Shown: positions 1 through 11,137, counted from the first letter of the stretch. The stretch is 64,000 bases of DNA from Octopus sinensis (GCF_006345805.1 NC_043017.1:21018001-21082000); one strand, 5' to 3'. Program-made: numbers and translations. The notes: a model not told the origin generated them from the letters alone.

Positions 1-58
1 ACTAAACCTGGAACCATGTGGTTGGTAAGCAAGCTACTTATCACACAGCCACTCCTGT
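1..58 (-). mobile_element. 5' head of CORE-type tRNA SINE (family A), cut by window edge
   Basis: Reverse strand reads GAGTGGCTGTGTGATAAGTAGCTTGCTTACCAACCACATGGTTCCAGGTTTAGT, the same head as the full copies at 10530-10925 and 43612-44045. Confidence 0.85.
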
Positions 59-149
59 GCCTCTTATCATCATCATTATTATTATTATTATTATCATTAT
101 TATTATTAGTATTATTACTGTTATTACTATCACTACTAATATTATTATT

Positions 150-305
150 ATTGTTATTCAAATTCCGCCAGGGTTGACTTTGCCTTTCATCCTTCCAGGG
201 TCGATAAAAAATGATAAAGTAAGTATCAGTTGAACACTGGGGTCAAAGTAATCGACTCATCCTCCTCCCCCTAAATTGCTGCCCTTGTGGCAAAATTTGA
301 AACCA
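150..305 (+). mobile_element. tRNA-derived SINE family B, 5'-truncated
   Basis: TTCAAATTCCGCC..GACTTTGCCTTTCATCCTT..GTCGATAA..AAGTA.CAGT..ACTGGGGTC..AAAATTTGAAACC followed by an (ATT)n tail; more than 12 copies in the window. Confidence 0.85.
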
Positions 306-384
306 TTATTATTATTATAAAAGAAACCGTTTAAAAACTAAACAAAAAAATCAAAAATCTATCATCATCATCATCATAATTATC

Positions 385-635
385 ATTATTATTATTATTA
401 TTGTGATGAATACTCACAGCTTATTTTGCTGGGTATGATGGAAAGTGTCAGCTGTCCACAGCCAGCAGACTAAGGTGACACATGTTTACTGGTCAGGCTT
501 CAAGAACCCTGTGAAGAATTCTTGCAGGTCCAAGCAATGCTGATTTTTGTAGGTGTTCTACCTTCACACTTGCACCGATCTTTTTCAGCCATGCTGGTAG
601 ATGAGTGCTGATAATTCCAAGTGCTTCAAATCGTC
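385..635 (-). mobile_element. R4/Dong-like RLE non-LTR retrotransposon 3' end
   Basis: Minus strand translates ALGIISTHLPAWLKKIGASVKVEHLQKSALLGPARILHRVLEA* (stop at 493-495), then a short 3' UTR and (AAT)n tail. Confidence 0.8.
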
Positions 636-721
636 ATAGTTCCTTAAATCCTTACAAATGTTTTAGCCTGAAGGCCGTGGCCATGCTGGGGCACCACACA
701 TTGATCATAATAATTATTATT

Positions 722-932
722 AAAGCGGCAAGCTGGCAGGGTCATTAACGTGTCAGATGAAATACTTGGCAGTATTTTGCCCGTTGTTACATTCTGAGTT
801 CAAATTCCACCGAAGTTGACTTTAGTTTTCATCCTTTCGGGGTTTATAAAGTAAGTACCAGTTGAACATTGGGGTTGAAGTAATTTACTCATCCCCACTT
901 CCTCCAAGCTCCCTTCTGGCAAAAATTTGAAC
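722..932 (+). mobile_element. tRNA-derived SINE family B
   Basis: Head GCGGCAAGCTGGCAG, B-box-like GAGTTCAAATTCC, central TTTCATCCTTTCGGGG domain, AAAATTTGAAAC end and (AAT)n tail. Confidence 0.85.
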
Positions 933-963
<31 letters not shown>

Positions 964-1251
964 TATGAGGAATTACAGCTGTGCTTCGTGGTCTGCTACC
1001 ACAACAGCTCCTTTATAGGATCCAGTTAGCTCAAGATATCATCAGGAGGAACCACGTCCGGTTTCAGCCCCTACTCCTCTACCGTTTTGATGTGGTGGGC
1101 CCCCATACTTTCGGAGGTGTCTTATTATTATTCAAATTCTGCCAAGGTTGAGTCTGCCTTTCATCCTTTTGGTACCAGTGAAACACTGGGGTTGATGTAA
1201 TTAATTTACTCCCTCCCCACAAACTGCTGGTCTTGTGCCATTATTATTGCC

Positions 1252-1806
1252 ATTATGAGTGAGAGAGCAGTGCATGCCATCAAAGTGACACTAGGGTAGA
1301 AATACATGAAGCCCCATATACCCATCACAACTACCCGTCTGATAAGGGTACACCAGGCACATGCATCACAACCATATGTGCACGATATGGTGATCTCATA
1401 TCAAGATAAACAGCACATGACCTTGCAGGTGGTGCCCAGTTAGAAATTTCTTCTGGTCGAGTAACCCATCCCACTCAAAAGGTCCCTGAATAAGGGTTGT
1501 TTAAGGATGTTGAATGAAACACCCATGTTTCCAGAGGTGAATTATTCAAACCCCAAAGAATCCCTCTCAACACACGGCTATGATGCTCCCCCACTACTTC
1601 TGCTCATGATCAGAGATGCACATATCGTCAGCCACTAAGGGACATGCTCAACTGGTTAAGGTCAAACAACTGACAAGCAAATCTGTTGTATTGAGCAGAA
1701 TATTTGCTGTAGCCCATCTTTTATACCAAGACAAAACAATGTACATGATGACACTTCCAATCAGTTAAGATCAGAAGCCATGAGAGCCACTGCCTGGTAC
1801 TGCATC
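1252..1806 (-). mobile_element. Unclassified ~550 bp interspersed repeat bounded by (ATT)n, possibly a LINE 3' UTR
   Basis: Complex, moderately GC-rich block with ATT repeats at both ends and no ORF. Only one copy here; repeat status is from recollection of similar octopus sequence. Confidence 0.4.
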
Positions 1807-1884
1807 TATTATTATTATTATAATTATTATCATTATTATGATGGAAACATATTTCCAAATCTCTTTTTACCATAGGCACAAGGT

Positions 1885-2105
1885 GTGAACTTTTCTTTTG
1901 TTTATTTCATGTGGAGTGACAGGGAGGTCGAAATGGAGTTTAGTCAATTATCTTAACCCCACCAGTGTTCAATTGATTTCATTAACACCGAGAGAATGAA
2001 AGGTAAATAAGACCTTGGAAGAATTTGAACCCAAGATATAGAGAGTTGGAAGAAATGCCGTTTACCATTTCATCCAATGGGATAACAATTCTGCCAAGTT
2101 GCTGC
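1885..2105 (-). mobile_element. SINE family B, decayed
   Basis: Reverse complement of the family B central domain (GAATGAAAGG..GACCTTGG..GAATTTGAAC) and head. Confidence 0.7.
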
Positions 2106-2355
2106 TTTCCAACAAAAAATTATAATAAGTCTTTTTATTTAGATTTGATATTTTCATTTCCTTTCCTTTACTATTCAACAGGGACCAGTTAAAACCTCCT
2201 TATGGATTCAATAATTTTTTTCCCTCCCTTTTTATATTTTTTTACCCCTTCCTGAATTCTTTTCTTTGTGCCCTAATTATTTAAGTACCCAACAATTTTC
2301 ATCGCGGATATGGAAGTTAAATATTTCATTGAAATATAATAAATTTATTCCTGTT

Positions 2356-2356
<1 letters not shown>

Positions 2357-2408
<52 letters not shown>

Positions 2409-2499
2409 TTGGTACAGATAAATATATATATACATATATATATACATACATATATATACATATATATATATATACATATATATATATACATATATATAC

Positions 2500-2569
<70 letters not shown>

Positions 2570-2927
2570 ATATATATATATATAATATACATACATATAC
2601 ATATACATATATATACATATACAATATATACATATATTATATATACATATACATATATATACATATATATATACATATATATACAATATATATACTATAT
2701 TATAATACACATATATATACATATATATATATAATACACACATATATATATATTACACACATATATAATATACACATAATATATATATATATCATATATA
2801 TATACACACATATATATATATATATACATATATATATAAACACATATATGTATATATACATATATTTCTATATGCATACATACATACATATACATACACA
2901 TATATATATATACATATATATATACAC

Positions 2928-2958
<31 letters not shown>

Positions 2959-2993
2959 CATACATACATATATATATACAAACATATATATAT

Positions 2994-3034
<41 letters not shown>

Positions 3035-3100
3035 TAGATAGATAGATAGGTAGATGAATAAATATTGATAGATAGAGTGATAGAGAGAGAGAAAGAGAGT
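2357..3100. repeat. Compound (GA)n/(TA)n/(TACA)n/(TAGA)n microsatellite field
   Basis: Directly visible; source of the I/Y/C/M-rich spurious ORFs. Confidence 0.97.
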
Positions 3101-3246
3101 GAGAGTAAGAGAATGAGACCAATACCACCAGCAATGCTAAATAAATGCAATATTGCTAATTTTGAAGAGTGTGTTTCATAGATTTGGTTTGTTTTAATTA
3201 ATCCCTAATCTCCCCTCTGGTCTACTTTATAATGTATAGCAGAAGA

Positions 3247-3281
<35 letters not shown>

Positions 3282-3521
3282 ACGAGGGGAGGGGGGAATA
3301 AAAATTAAGAAAATTAAAAAAGGTCTTGAAAAAAACCCGAAAAAACCAATAACAGGAAAAGCAAATGTTGATGATTATGATGATGGTAATGATGATATTT
3401 CACATTTTCTTCTTGCAATTCTTGAGCAAAAGACAAATTATTGACAGGAAAAAAACTATGTATACATAACTATGTGTGTGTATGTATATATAAATATATA
3501 CATATGTGTATCTATGTGTGT

Positions 3522-3552
<31 letters not shown>

Positions 3553-3774
3553 TACTTGTTTAAGTCATTTCACTGTGGCCATGCTGGAGCACCACTTCTA
3601 GTTGAACGAATCAACCCCAGGACTTACTCTTTGTAAGCCTATTACTAAGTCTATCATTCTTGTTTGCTGAACCATTAAGTTACTGGGACATAAACATACC
3701 AACATCGGTTGCTAAGAGATGGTGAGGGGTTGGGGGCAAACACAGAAACACACACAGATATAAACATACATATA

Positions 3775-3912
3775 GTTGGAATTTACAAAAAAACAAAAGA
3801 CAAAGACAGGTGTGTAAACAACAAATGGGTGTTTAATGCTCAGGAAGGTGAAAAAGTCTTTTACATTTTGAGCTTACACTCTTCAGCAGAAATGAACATA
3901 AGAAAATAAACA
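3775..3912 (-). mobile_element. Short Penelope-like terminal-repeat fragment with hammerhead-like motif (3858-3893)
   Basis: Homologous to 57530-57722 (shared GCTCAAAATGTAAAAGACTTTT). Confidence 0.6.
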
Positions 3913-3949
3913 GATATATATAAATATATATTTATATATATATATATAT

Positions 3950-4256
3950 CACCGTGATCACCATGACCGACCAGGTTATCAGATGTTGCTACACATCGCT
4001 GGTCACAATGCGCTTCGCATTGTTTTAGCCTTCAAGTGACGCTACCTTGCTGGCTAAGCGAGCAGGCCAACAGAAGAAAGAGTGAGAGAAAGTTGTGGCG
4101 AAAGAGTACAGCAGGGATCGCCACCACCTCCTGCCGGAGCCTCGTGGAACTTTAGGTGTTTTCGCTCAATAAACACTCACAACGCCCGGTCTGGGAATCG
4201 AAACCATGATCCTACAACCGCGAGTCCGCTACCCTAACCACTGGGCCATTGCGCCT

Positions 4257-4259
<3 letters not shown>
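3950..4259 (-). mobile_element. tRNA(Arg)-like SINE (family D)
   Basis: Head TGGAGGCGCAATGGCCCAGTGGTTAGGGTAGCGGACTCGCGG..GGTTTCGATTCCCAGACCGGG with A and B boxes and a TCG anticodon-like loop; second copy at 9512-9771. Confidence 0.85.
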
Positions 4260-4285
<26 letters not shown>

Positions 4286-4290
<5 letters not shown>

Positions 4291-4398
4291 GCAGCGTGGA
4301 AGGTGATTATAAGCCATTTAAGCCTTCCATGCTACAATTGTTTTCGTTCCAGCACACGATCTCAGATCAAGTCACTTGCTATGCAAGTACATCTCCAT
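4286..4398 (-). mobile_element. Internally deleted copy of the palindromic GGAGATGTACTTGCATAGCAAG element
   Basis: Matches 6853-6950 in reverse; residual hairpin GCAGCGTGGAAGG...CCTTCCATGCTAC. Confidence 0.75.
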
Positions 4399-4799
4399 AA
4401 TATATATATATATGATAGGCTTCTTTCAGTTTCCATTTACCAAATCCTCTCATGATTCTTTGGTCAGCCCAAGGCTATAGTAGAAGACACTTGCCCAACG
4501 TGCCATGTAGTGGGAGGGAACCCAGAACCATGTGGCTGGGACGCAAGCTTCTTACCACACATTTTAATAAGTGGTTGTTGCTGTTGTTGTCAGTGATATA
4601 AATAAAGCTTTGTACCACATGGGACCCCCTCTTTCACCCTGTCCACTTCACCCTTCTCCCCATGAAAGCACACAGCCTCATACCTATATAAAGTGTTGCT
4701 TGGCAATTCACTAAAATGTTGCAGAGGATAGGCTACCTCAATCGCACCCTTTTAGCTATGCAAGTAGTTGTTGTTTAACCCAAGGTTAGCTATGATCAC

Positions 4800-5089
4800 T
4801 TTGGTGGGTGGTTGGCATTTGGAAGGGCATCCAGCTGTAAAAACCTTGCCAAAACTGACCTCACCTGTGCTTGTGCCACATAAAAAGCACTAAGTCCACT
4901 CTGATGGGTGGTTGGTATTAGGAAGGGCATCCAGTTGTAAAAATCCTGTCAAAACAGTCAAAGAAATTTGGTGCAGGTTTTGGGCCAGCCAGCTCTTGTG
5001 AAAACGTCCCCACCATGCTAGCATGGTAGGCAGACATTAAATGATAATGAAGATGATGATGATGATGATGATGATAATGATGATGATGA
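4800..5089 (+). mobile_element. Decayed RTE LINE 3' UTR with (GAT)n tail
   Basis: Two GGAAGGGCATCCAG.TGTAAAAA motifs, CATGCTAGCATGG and a (GAT)n tail, as at 7779-8458. Confidence 0.75.
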
Positions 5090-5679
5090 CCAATTTATTG
5101 AAGATAAATTTTAACAACAAAATCTTAAATGGATCCCCTTAAGGGTCACATGAACCCTGATTAAGAACCACCGATTTAAGTCCTGAGTTCAAATCTTGCC
5201 GAAATCAAATTGGGCTGTCCATTCTCCCGTGGTTGATTAAATTAGTTACAAACTAGAATACTGGGATCAATTTAATATTGCTACAAGGCATCCTAGATGT
5301 GACAGCAACCTGGTGATTCTTCTAAGAATCTACTTTGGTCCTGTAATTGAAAACAAAAACCAAACCAAACCGAACTGAAATGGGCGAAACCAGAATATTC
5401 ACATCGTATTTATTTTAGTGATGTGGTAGGTCAGTCGTTGTTCCTCCCTTGGGGCTAAAAAACAAAAACGGAAGTGCCAAACACATCCAGCTATTTATCG
5501 TGTTCTACTTATTGCAGAAGGTCTTGTAGTGTGATGACCTAACTGTGTAATGGAAACCGATTCCTTCAGATTAATTCTTCATTCTTCCTCAGGGGGAAAA
5601 AAATATAAGAAACTCAGTAAAGTTTCAATTTCAAGAAAAGGCATGACGCCTCGTATTCTTCCCTTTTTTTTTGTATGTA

Positions 5680-6560
5680 TTTAAAATTTTTTTTGTCTTG
5701 TGAGTATGTATGTATGTATAGGAGTATGCATGTGTGTATGTGAGTGTGTGTGTGTGTGTGTGTGCGTGCCTGTATGCATGTGTGTGTGTATGTACATCAG
5801 TGTGTATATGTGTATATGTATGAGGATATGTATATGTGTGTGTGTGTGAGAGAGAGAGAGTATGTGTATGCCTCTATATGCATACGTGTGAATGGATGTC
5901 TGTATGTATGTGTGTATGTATGAGGGTATGTATATGTGTGTGTGAGAGAGAGAGAGTGTGTGTATGCCTCTATATGCATACGTGTGTATGGATGTCTGTA
6001 TGTATGTGTGTATGTATGAGTATGTATATATGTGTGTTTGTGAGAGAGAGTATGTGTATGCCTCAATATGCATACGTGTGTACAGATGTCTGTATGTATG
6101 TGTGTACATAAGAGGGTATGCATGTGTGTACGTATGAAGGTATGCATGTGTGAGAGTGTGTGCACCTGTATGCATGTGTGTGTGGGTGTGTGTACATCTG
6201 TATGTCTGTGTATGAGTATATGTATGACATTATGTATGCATGCATGTATGCATGAATATAGGCATTTGCGTGTGTATATGTATGTGTATATGTGTATGTA
6301 AGTAGGTATGAACGTACACATTTGTCTACATGTGTGTGTATGAGTATGCAAGCGTATGAGTATATCCATGTGTATGTATGTATGTATGTATAACTATGTG
6401 TATGTGTGCTGGTGAATGCGTGTGTGTGTGTGTGTGTGTGTGTGTGCTAACTTTGAGCAAATTAACTGAGATATTACATTTTGCCACAATTTCACAAAAT
6501 GATCGTGTGTGTGTGTGTACGCATGTGTGCATTACATGGCTTATGTTTGTGTATGTGTAG
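5680..6560. repeat. (TG)n/(TATG)n field containing a ~95 bp unit repeated three times
   Basis: ATGCCTC.ATATGCATACGTGTG recurs near 5868, 5964 and 6058. Confidence 0.9.
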
Positions 6561-6852
6561 TTGTTGTTATTGCTGTTATTTAACCCCAGGTCAGTACTAA
6601 CAGGTGCGATTTACATCTGCATAACTAAACAGCTCAGTAGAAAATACCGATAAAGTTGCAGTCTAAACCAAGTCAAACTACTGGGATCAATTTGTTCCCC
6701 TAACCCCTACCAGTCATTACCGTCACTTGACGGAAACAAACGGAAGAATAAAGGAATAAAAGAACGACAGAATTAAATCTTTGATTCGGAAATGATCGGA
6801 AATGCCCGACAGCCAACATTAAAAAAAAAAAAATAAATAAATAAAAACTAAG

Positions 6853-7060
6853 ATTTCGGAGATGTACTTGCATAGCAAGTGATTTGATCTGAGATCGTGT
6901 GCTGAAACGAAAACAATTGCAGCGTGGAAGGTGTTTGTAGGCCATTTAAGAAACACACAAAAGCCGTTCGATTCACTTCAACATTTAAGTTTAATTTGTC
7001 AAAATATTTTCGTCGCTTTAAGACCACAATCTGTTCACTGACAAAAATCCGTGCTGTACC
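6853..7060 (+). mobile_element. One arm of a palindromic repeat family carrying a variant hammerhead fold on the minus strand (6995-7045)
   Basis: Starts GGAGATGTACTTGCATAGCAAGTG, matching 4286-4398; stems I, II and III are readable on the minus strand. Confidence 0.7.
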
Positions 7061-7267
7061 TCTAAGACTTCACCAATTTGAAATCGGAAAGAGTTGCCTC
7101 CCTTAGATTCAGGCTAAGTGGAGAATTCTGGGAAGAAGTTTTGGGTTATCTCCCTCTAAAACGATGGTAGTTGTTTCTCAGATGAAATAAAAATTATATA
7201 TTAGTTCTCGATTAAGTCGTGGAGTCTGTAATTAAAATATAACGGCTAATTAAGCATTTATAATTGC

Positions 7268-7516
7268 AATGTAAACATTTCCGAAATGTGCTTTACATAT
7301 TTTAGAAATAATATCTGAAACGTAATTCAATCAATATAAATCGTAATAACATATCTGTCTATGTGTGTGTGTGAGTGTGCATATATATATATATATATAT
7401 ATGCACACTCACACCACACACATAGACAGATATGTTATTACGATTTATATTGATTGAATTACGTTTCAGATATTATTTCTAAAATATGTAAAGCACATTT
7501 CGGAAATGTTTACATT
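7268..7516. repeat. Near-perfect 249 bp palindrome centred on (AT)11
   Basis: Arms 7268-7391 and 7392-7516 are reverse complements apart from one indel in the TG tract. Confidence 0.95.
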
Positions 7517-7636
7517 ATATATATATATAGATACATATATATAAATATATACATACATATATATATATATATATATACATACATACATACATACATATAT
7601 ATGTATATACATACATACATACATACATATATATGT

Positions 7637-7669
<33 letters not shown>

Positions 7670-7778
7670 TACATACATACATACATATATATATATATAT
7701 ACATACGTATGTATATATGTATATATATATATACATACATACATATATATATACATATTTATATATATATATATATAT

Positions 7779-8458
7779 CATCATCATCATCATCATCATC
7801 GTTTAACGTCCGTTCTCCATGCTAGCATGGGTTGGACGGTTCAACCGGGGATCTGGGAAGCCAGAAGGCTGCACCAGGCTCCGGTCTTATCTGGCAATGT
7901 TTCTACAGCTGGATGCCCTTCCTAACGCCAACCACTCCGTGAGTGTAGTGGGTGCTTTTTACGTGCCACCTGCTCTGGTGCCAGGTGAGGCTGGCATCGG
8001 CCACGGTCGGATTGGTGCATTTTACGTGCCACCTGCACGGAAGCCAGTCGAGGTGGCACTGGCTTCGGCCACGATTCGGATAGTGCTTTTTACACATCTC
8101 CAGTCCAGGGGTTCTGGCATCTGCCGGGTGCCAGTCATAGGATTGGTTCAATTTCGATTCCGATTTCACTTACCCCAACAGGTCTTCGCAAGCAAAGGTT
8201 GGCATAGGTGCCTGTCGTCGGATGAGGTTCGATATCGACTTCGCTTGCTTCAACAGGTCTTTGTGTGTCCAAGGGAGGAAAGGCATGCATAAGTGGGCTG
8301 GACTCACTTGTCCTGCCTGGTCTTTTCACGCACAGCATATTTCCAAAGGTCTCGGTCGCTGGTCATTTCCTCAGTGAGACCTAAAGTTCGAAGGTTGTGC
8401 TTCACCACCTCGTCCCAAGTTTTCCTGGGTCTACCTCTTCCACGGGTTCCCTCCACTT
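7779..8458 (-). mobile_element. 5'-truncated RTE-clade LINE (young): ORF C-terminus, 3' UTR and (GAT)n tail
   Basis: Minus strand reads VEGTRGRGRPRKTWDEVVKHNLRTLGLTEEMTSDRDLWKYAVREKTRQDK*; the 3' ~330 bp is nearly identical to 47203-47540. Confidence 0.9.
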
Positions 8459-9478
8459 ATGGTCATGTGTTGCGTATGGATGAGGACAGCTGTGTGAAAA
8501 AGTGTTACACCCTAACAATGGAGGGAACCTATGGAAGAGATAGATCCAGGAAGACTTGGGATGAGGTGGTGAAACATGACCTTTGAATGCTGGGCCTCAC
8601 AGAGGTGATGGCAAGTGACTGAGACCTTTGGAGATATGCTGTGCATGAGAAGACCCGGCAAGCAAAGTGAGACCATAACCGTGGCATTTGCCAGTGTCGC
8701 ATAACTGGCCCATTTAAGAGTACCCCTCAATCATCGGGTAATTTTCTTATTTCTTTATTACCCACAAGGGGCTAAACATAGAGGGGACAAACAAGGACAG
8801 ACATAGATATTAAGTCGATTATATCGACCCCAGTGCGTAACTGGTACTTATTTAATCGACCCCGAAAGGATGAAAGGCAAAGTCGACCTTGTCAGAATTT
8901 GAACTCACAACGTAACGGCAGACGAAATACTGCTAAGCATTTTGTCCGGTGTGCTAACATTTCTGCCGGCTCGCTGCCTAAGCCAGCTCGCTGCCTTTGC
9001 CAGCTCGGATAATATACTCTGCTTGAGAAGACCTGTTGAGTCAAGTGAAATCATTGCCATGGCCAATGCCAGGACCATCTGACTGGCATCCATGCTGGTG
9101 GCACATAAAAATCTCTATTTCAGCGTGGTCATTGCCAGTTCCACCTGACTGGCTTTTGTGCCAGTGGTACGTAAAATGCACCATTCGAGTGTGGTCATTG
9201 CCAGTGCTGCCTGACTGGCTCCTATACCAGTAGCATGTAAAAAGCACCATTCAAGCGTGGTCAATGCCAGTACCACCTGACTGGCCTCCGTGCTGATGGC
9301 ATGTAAAAAGCACCCACTACACTCTCAGAGTGGTTGGTGTTAGAAAAGGCATCAAGCTGTAGAAACCCTGTCAGATCAGATTGGAGCCTGGTGCAGCCTC
9401 CTGGCTTGCCAGTCCTCTGTCAAACAGTCCAACCCATGCCAGTATGGAAACTGGATATTAAATGATGATGATGATGAT
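8459..9478 (+). mobile_element. 5'-truncated RTE-clade LINE (older subfamily) interrupted by a SINE
   Basis: YGHVLRMDEDSCVKKCYTLTMEGTYGRDRSRKTWDEVVKHDL, a 3' UTR with four 66-nt units, and a (GAT)n tail at 9463-9478. Confidence 0.88.
8743..9004 (-). mobile_element. SINE family B inserted into the RTE copy
   Basis: Full head to tail on the minus strand; candidate TSD TCGGGTAAT (8734-8742) / TCGGATAAT (9005-9013). Confidence 0.85.
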
Positions 9479-9511
9479 ATATGTGTGTGCGTGTATGTGT
9501 GTGTGTGTATA

Positions 9512-9771
9512 TGACGTGATCACGTGACCGACCAGACCATCAGATGTTGTTACACTTCGCATTGTTTTAGCCTTTGCTGTCTAAGCGAGCAGGCCAACAG
9601 AAGAAAGAGTGGTGAAAGAGTACAGCAGGGATCACCACCCCCTGCCGGAGCGTCGTGGAGCTTTTAGGTGTTTTTGCTCAATAAACACTCACAACGCCCG
9701 GTCTGGGAATCGAAACCGCGATCCTACGACAGCGAGTCCACTGCCCTAACCACTTGGCCATTGCGCCTCCA
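9512..9771 (-). mobile_element. tRNA(Arg)-like SINE (family D), internally deleted
   Basis: Colinear with 3950-4259. Confidence 0.85.
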
Positions 9772-9783
9772 TGTGTGTATGTG

Positions 9784-9817
<34 letters not shown>

Positions 9818-10529
9818 TGCAAACACACGAAGTTCCAGAGGAGGAGAATAAGAGATAAAGTGCAATATATATGCATGTGTAAACTTATACAAATGCTTAC
9901 ATGCATATACATCATACATTGAATAAACGTAAATATACACACCGCATTTGTATGTAAATGAATGACAAACTTTCTGTGTGTGTGTGCATGTGTTTGTGTA
10001 ACCTCCTCCTCAATTAAAGTCCATGCTCTATGCTGGCATCGGTTGATGGTTTGACACAATGGACTAATCCAAGAACTGCATCAGGCTCCAGTATCTGCTT
10101 TAGTAGGGTTTCCCTTGCTTGATGCCCATCCTAATGACAACCACATTACAGCATATACGAGATGCCTTTCGTGTGCAACCTGCATGAGTAATGACACCAT
10201 GCAAGCTTGCAGAATTACAATCCCTAGGAGAAAGAGCAGGAGAGAGAGAAAGGGAGAGAATGGCTTTATGCTAAGAGATAAGGGGTTAAAATATGAGAGA
10301 AGGGAACAAAAATCAAGCGCTCATGCATAGTCATGGATTCCGGCCCTTCTTGGGGACCAGTAATTCTGATGACACATCTCATGCCAACTAAAATTTGGTA
10401 TGCTAACACATCTTCTGCAGCACCGAGCTGACGAACAGCTTGTGAGCAGATTTGGTAGATGGAAGCTAATAGCAACCCATTGTGTATGTGCATGTGTGTA
10501 TGTTTGTGTGTGTATATATATATATAAAT

Positions 10530-10925
10530 ACTCTTTTACTCTTTTACTTGTTTCAGTCATTTGACTGTGGCCATGCTGGAGCACCACCTTTTGTCGAGCA
10601 AATCGACCACAGGAATTATTCTTTGTAAGCCTAGTACTTATTCTATCCGTCACTTTTGCCGAACCGCTAAGTTACGGGGACGTAAACACACCAGCATCGG
10701 TTGTCAAGCGATGTTGGTGGGGACAAACACAGACACACAAACACATACACATATATATACATATATACGACGGGCTTCTTTCAGTTTCCGTCTACCAAAT
10801 CCACTCACAAGGCTTTGGTTGGCCCGAGGCTTAAGGTAGAAGACACTTGCCCAAGGTGCCACGCAGTGGGACTGAACCCGGAACAATGTGGTTCGTAAGC
10901 AAGCTACTTACCACACAGCCACTCC
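10530..10925 (-). mobile_element. Full-length CORE-type SINE family A (OR2-like)
   Basis: tRNA-like head, CORE-like GGCACCTTGGGCAAGTGTCTTCTAC, internal (TA)/(TG) tract and AGTAAAAGAGTAAAAGAGT tail. Confidence 0.9.
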
Positions 10926-11137
10926 TATATATATACACTGTTGATTGGCATGATGCTGTGGTTTTGTATAAGAGAAAATCCGGTAATAGAAATGCTGTTC
11001 AAAACACAATATAGATTAGAGTGAAATGAACAAGATATGTTCAAAGATAGGATCCATGAGAATATCCTATGCATTTTTGAGCAGTGTAAGGAAACTTAAT
11101 TTTATATATGAAATAATATAATATAATATAATGAAAT

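Larger units (their letters stand above)
3553..4560 (-). mobile_element. SINE family A split by three nested insertions in its internal (TA)n tract
   Basis: Tail and body at 3553-3770 and head at 4413-4560 are colinear with intact copies; the intervening ~640 bp holds three other elements. Confidence 0.8.

Noticed and set aside
1030-1075. GAAAC and CTGATGA on the minus strand suggesting another hammerhead
   Set aside because: Only 4 nt separate the putative cleavage site from the core, so stem I cannot form, and no stem II pairing is evident.
2277-3150. Long I/Y/C/M/H/T-rich ORFs here and at 14.4-15.2, 21.3-21.9, 33.3-34.5, 47.7-49.4, 50.6-51.7 and 62.0-62.9 kb
   Set aside because: They are read-throughs of (TA)n/(CA)n/(TACA)n tracts with no protein-like composition.
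4190-4259. tRNA genes at the SINE heads (also 9700-9771 and 60060-60128)
   Set aside because: They have A/B boxes but no complete acceptor stem and continue into SINE bodies.
9057-9322. CRISPR-like appearance of palindromic repeated units
   Set aside because: Units are contiguous tandem copies without unique spacers, lie in a LINE 3' UTR, and there are no cas genes in this eukaryotic context.
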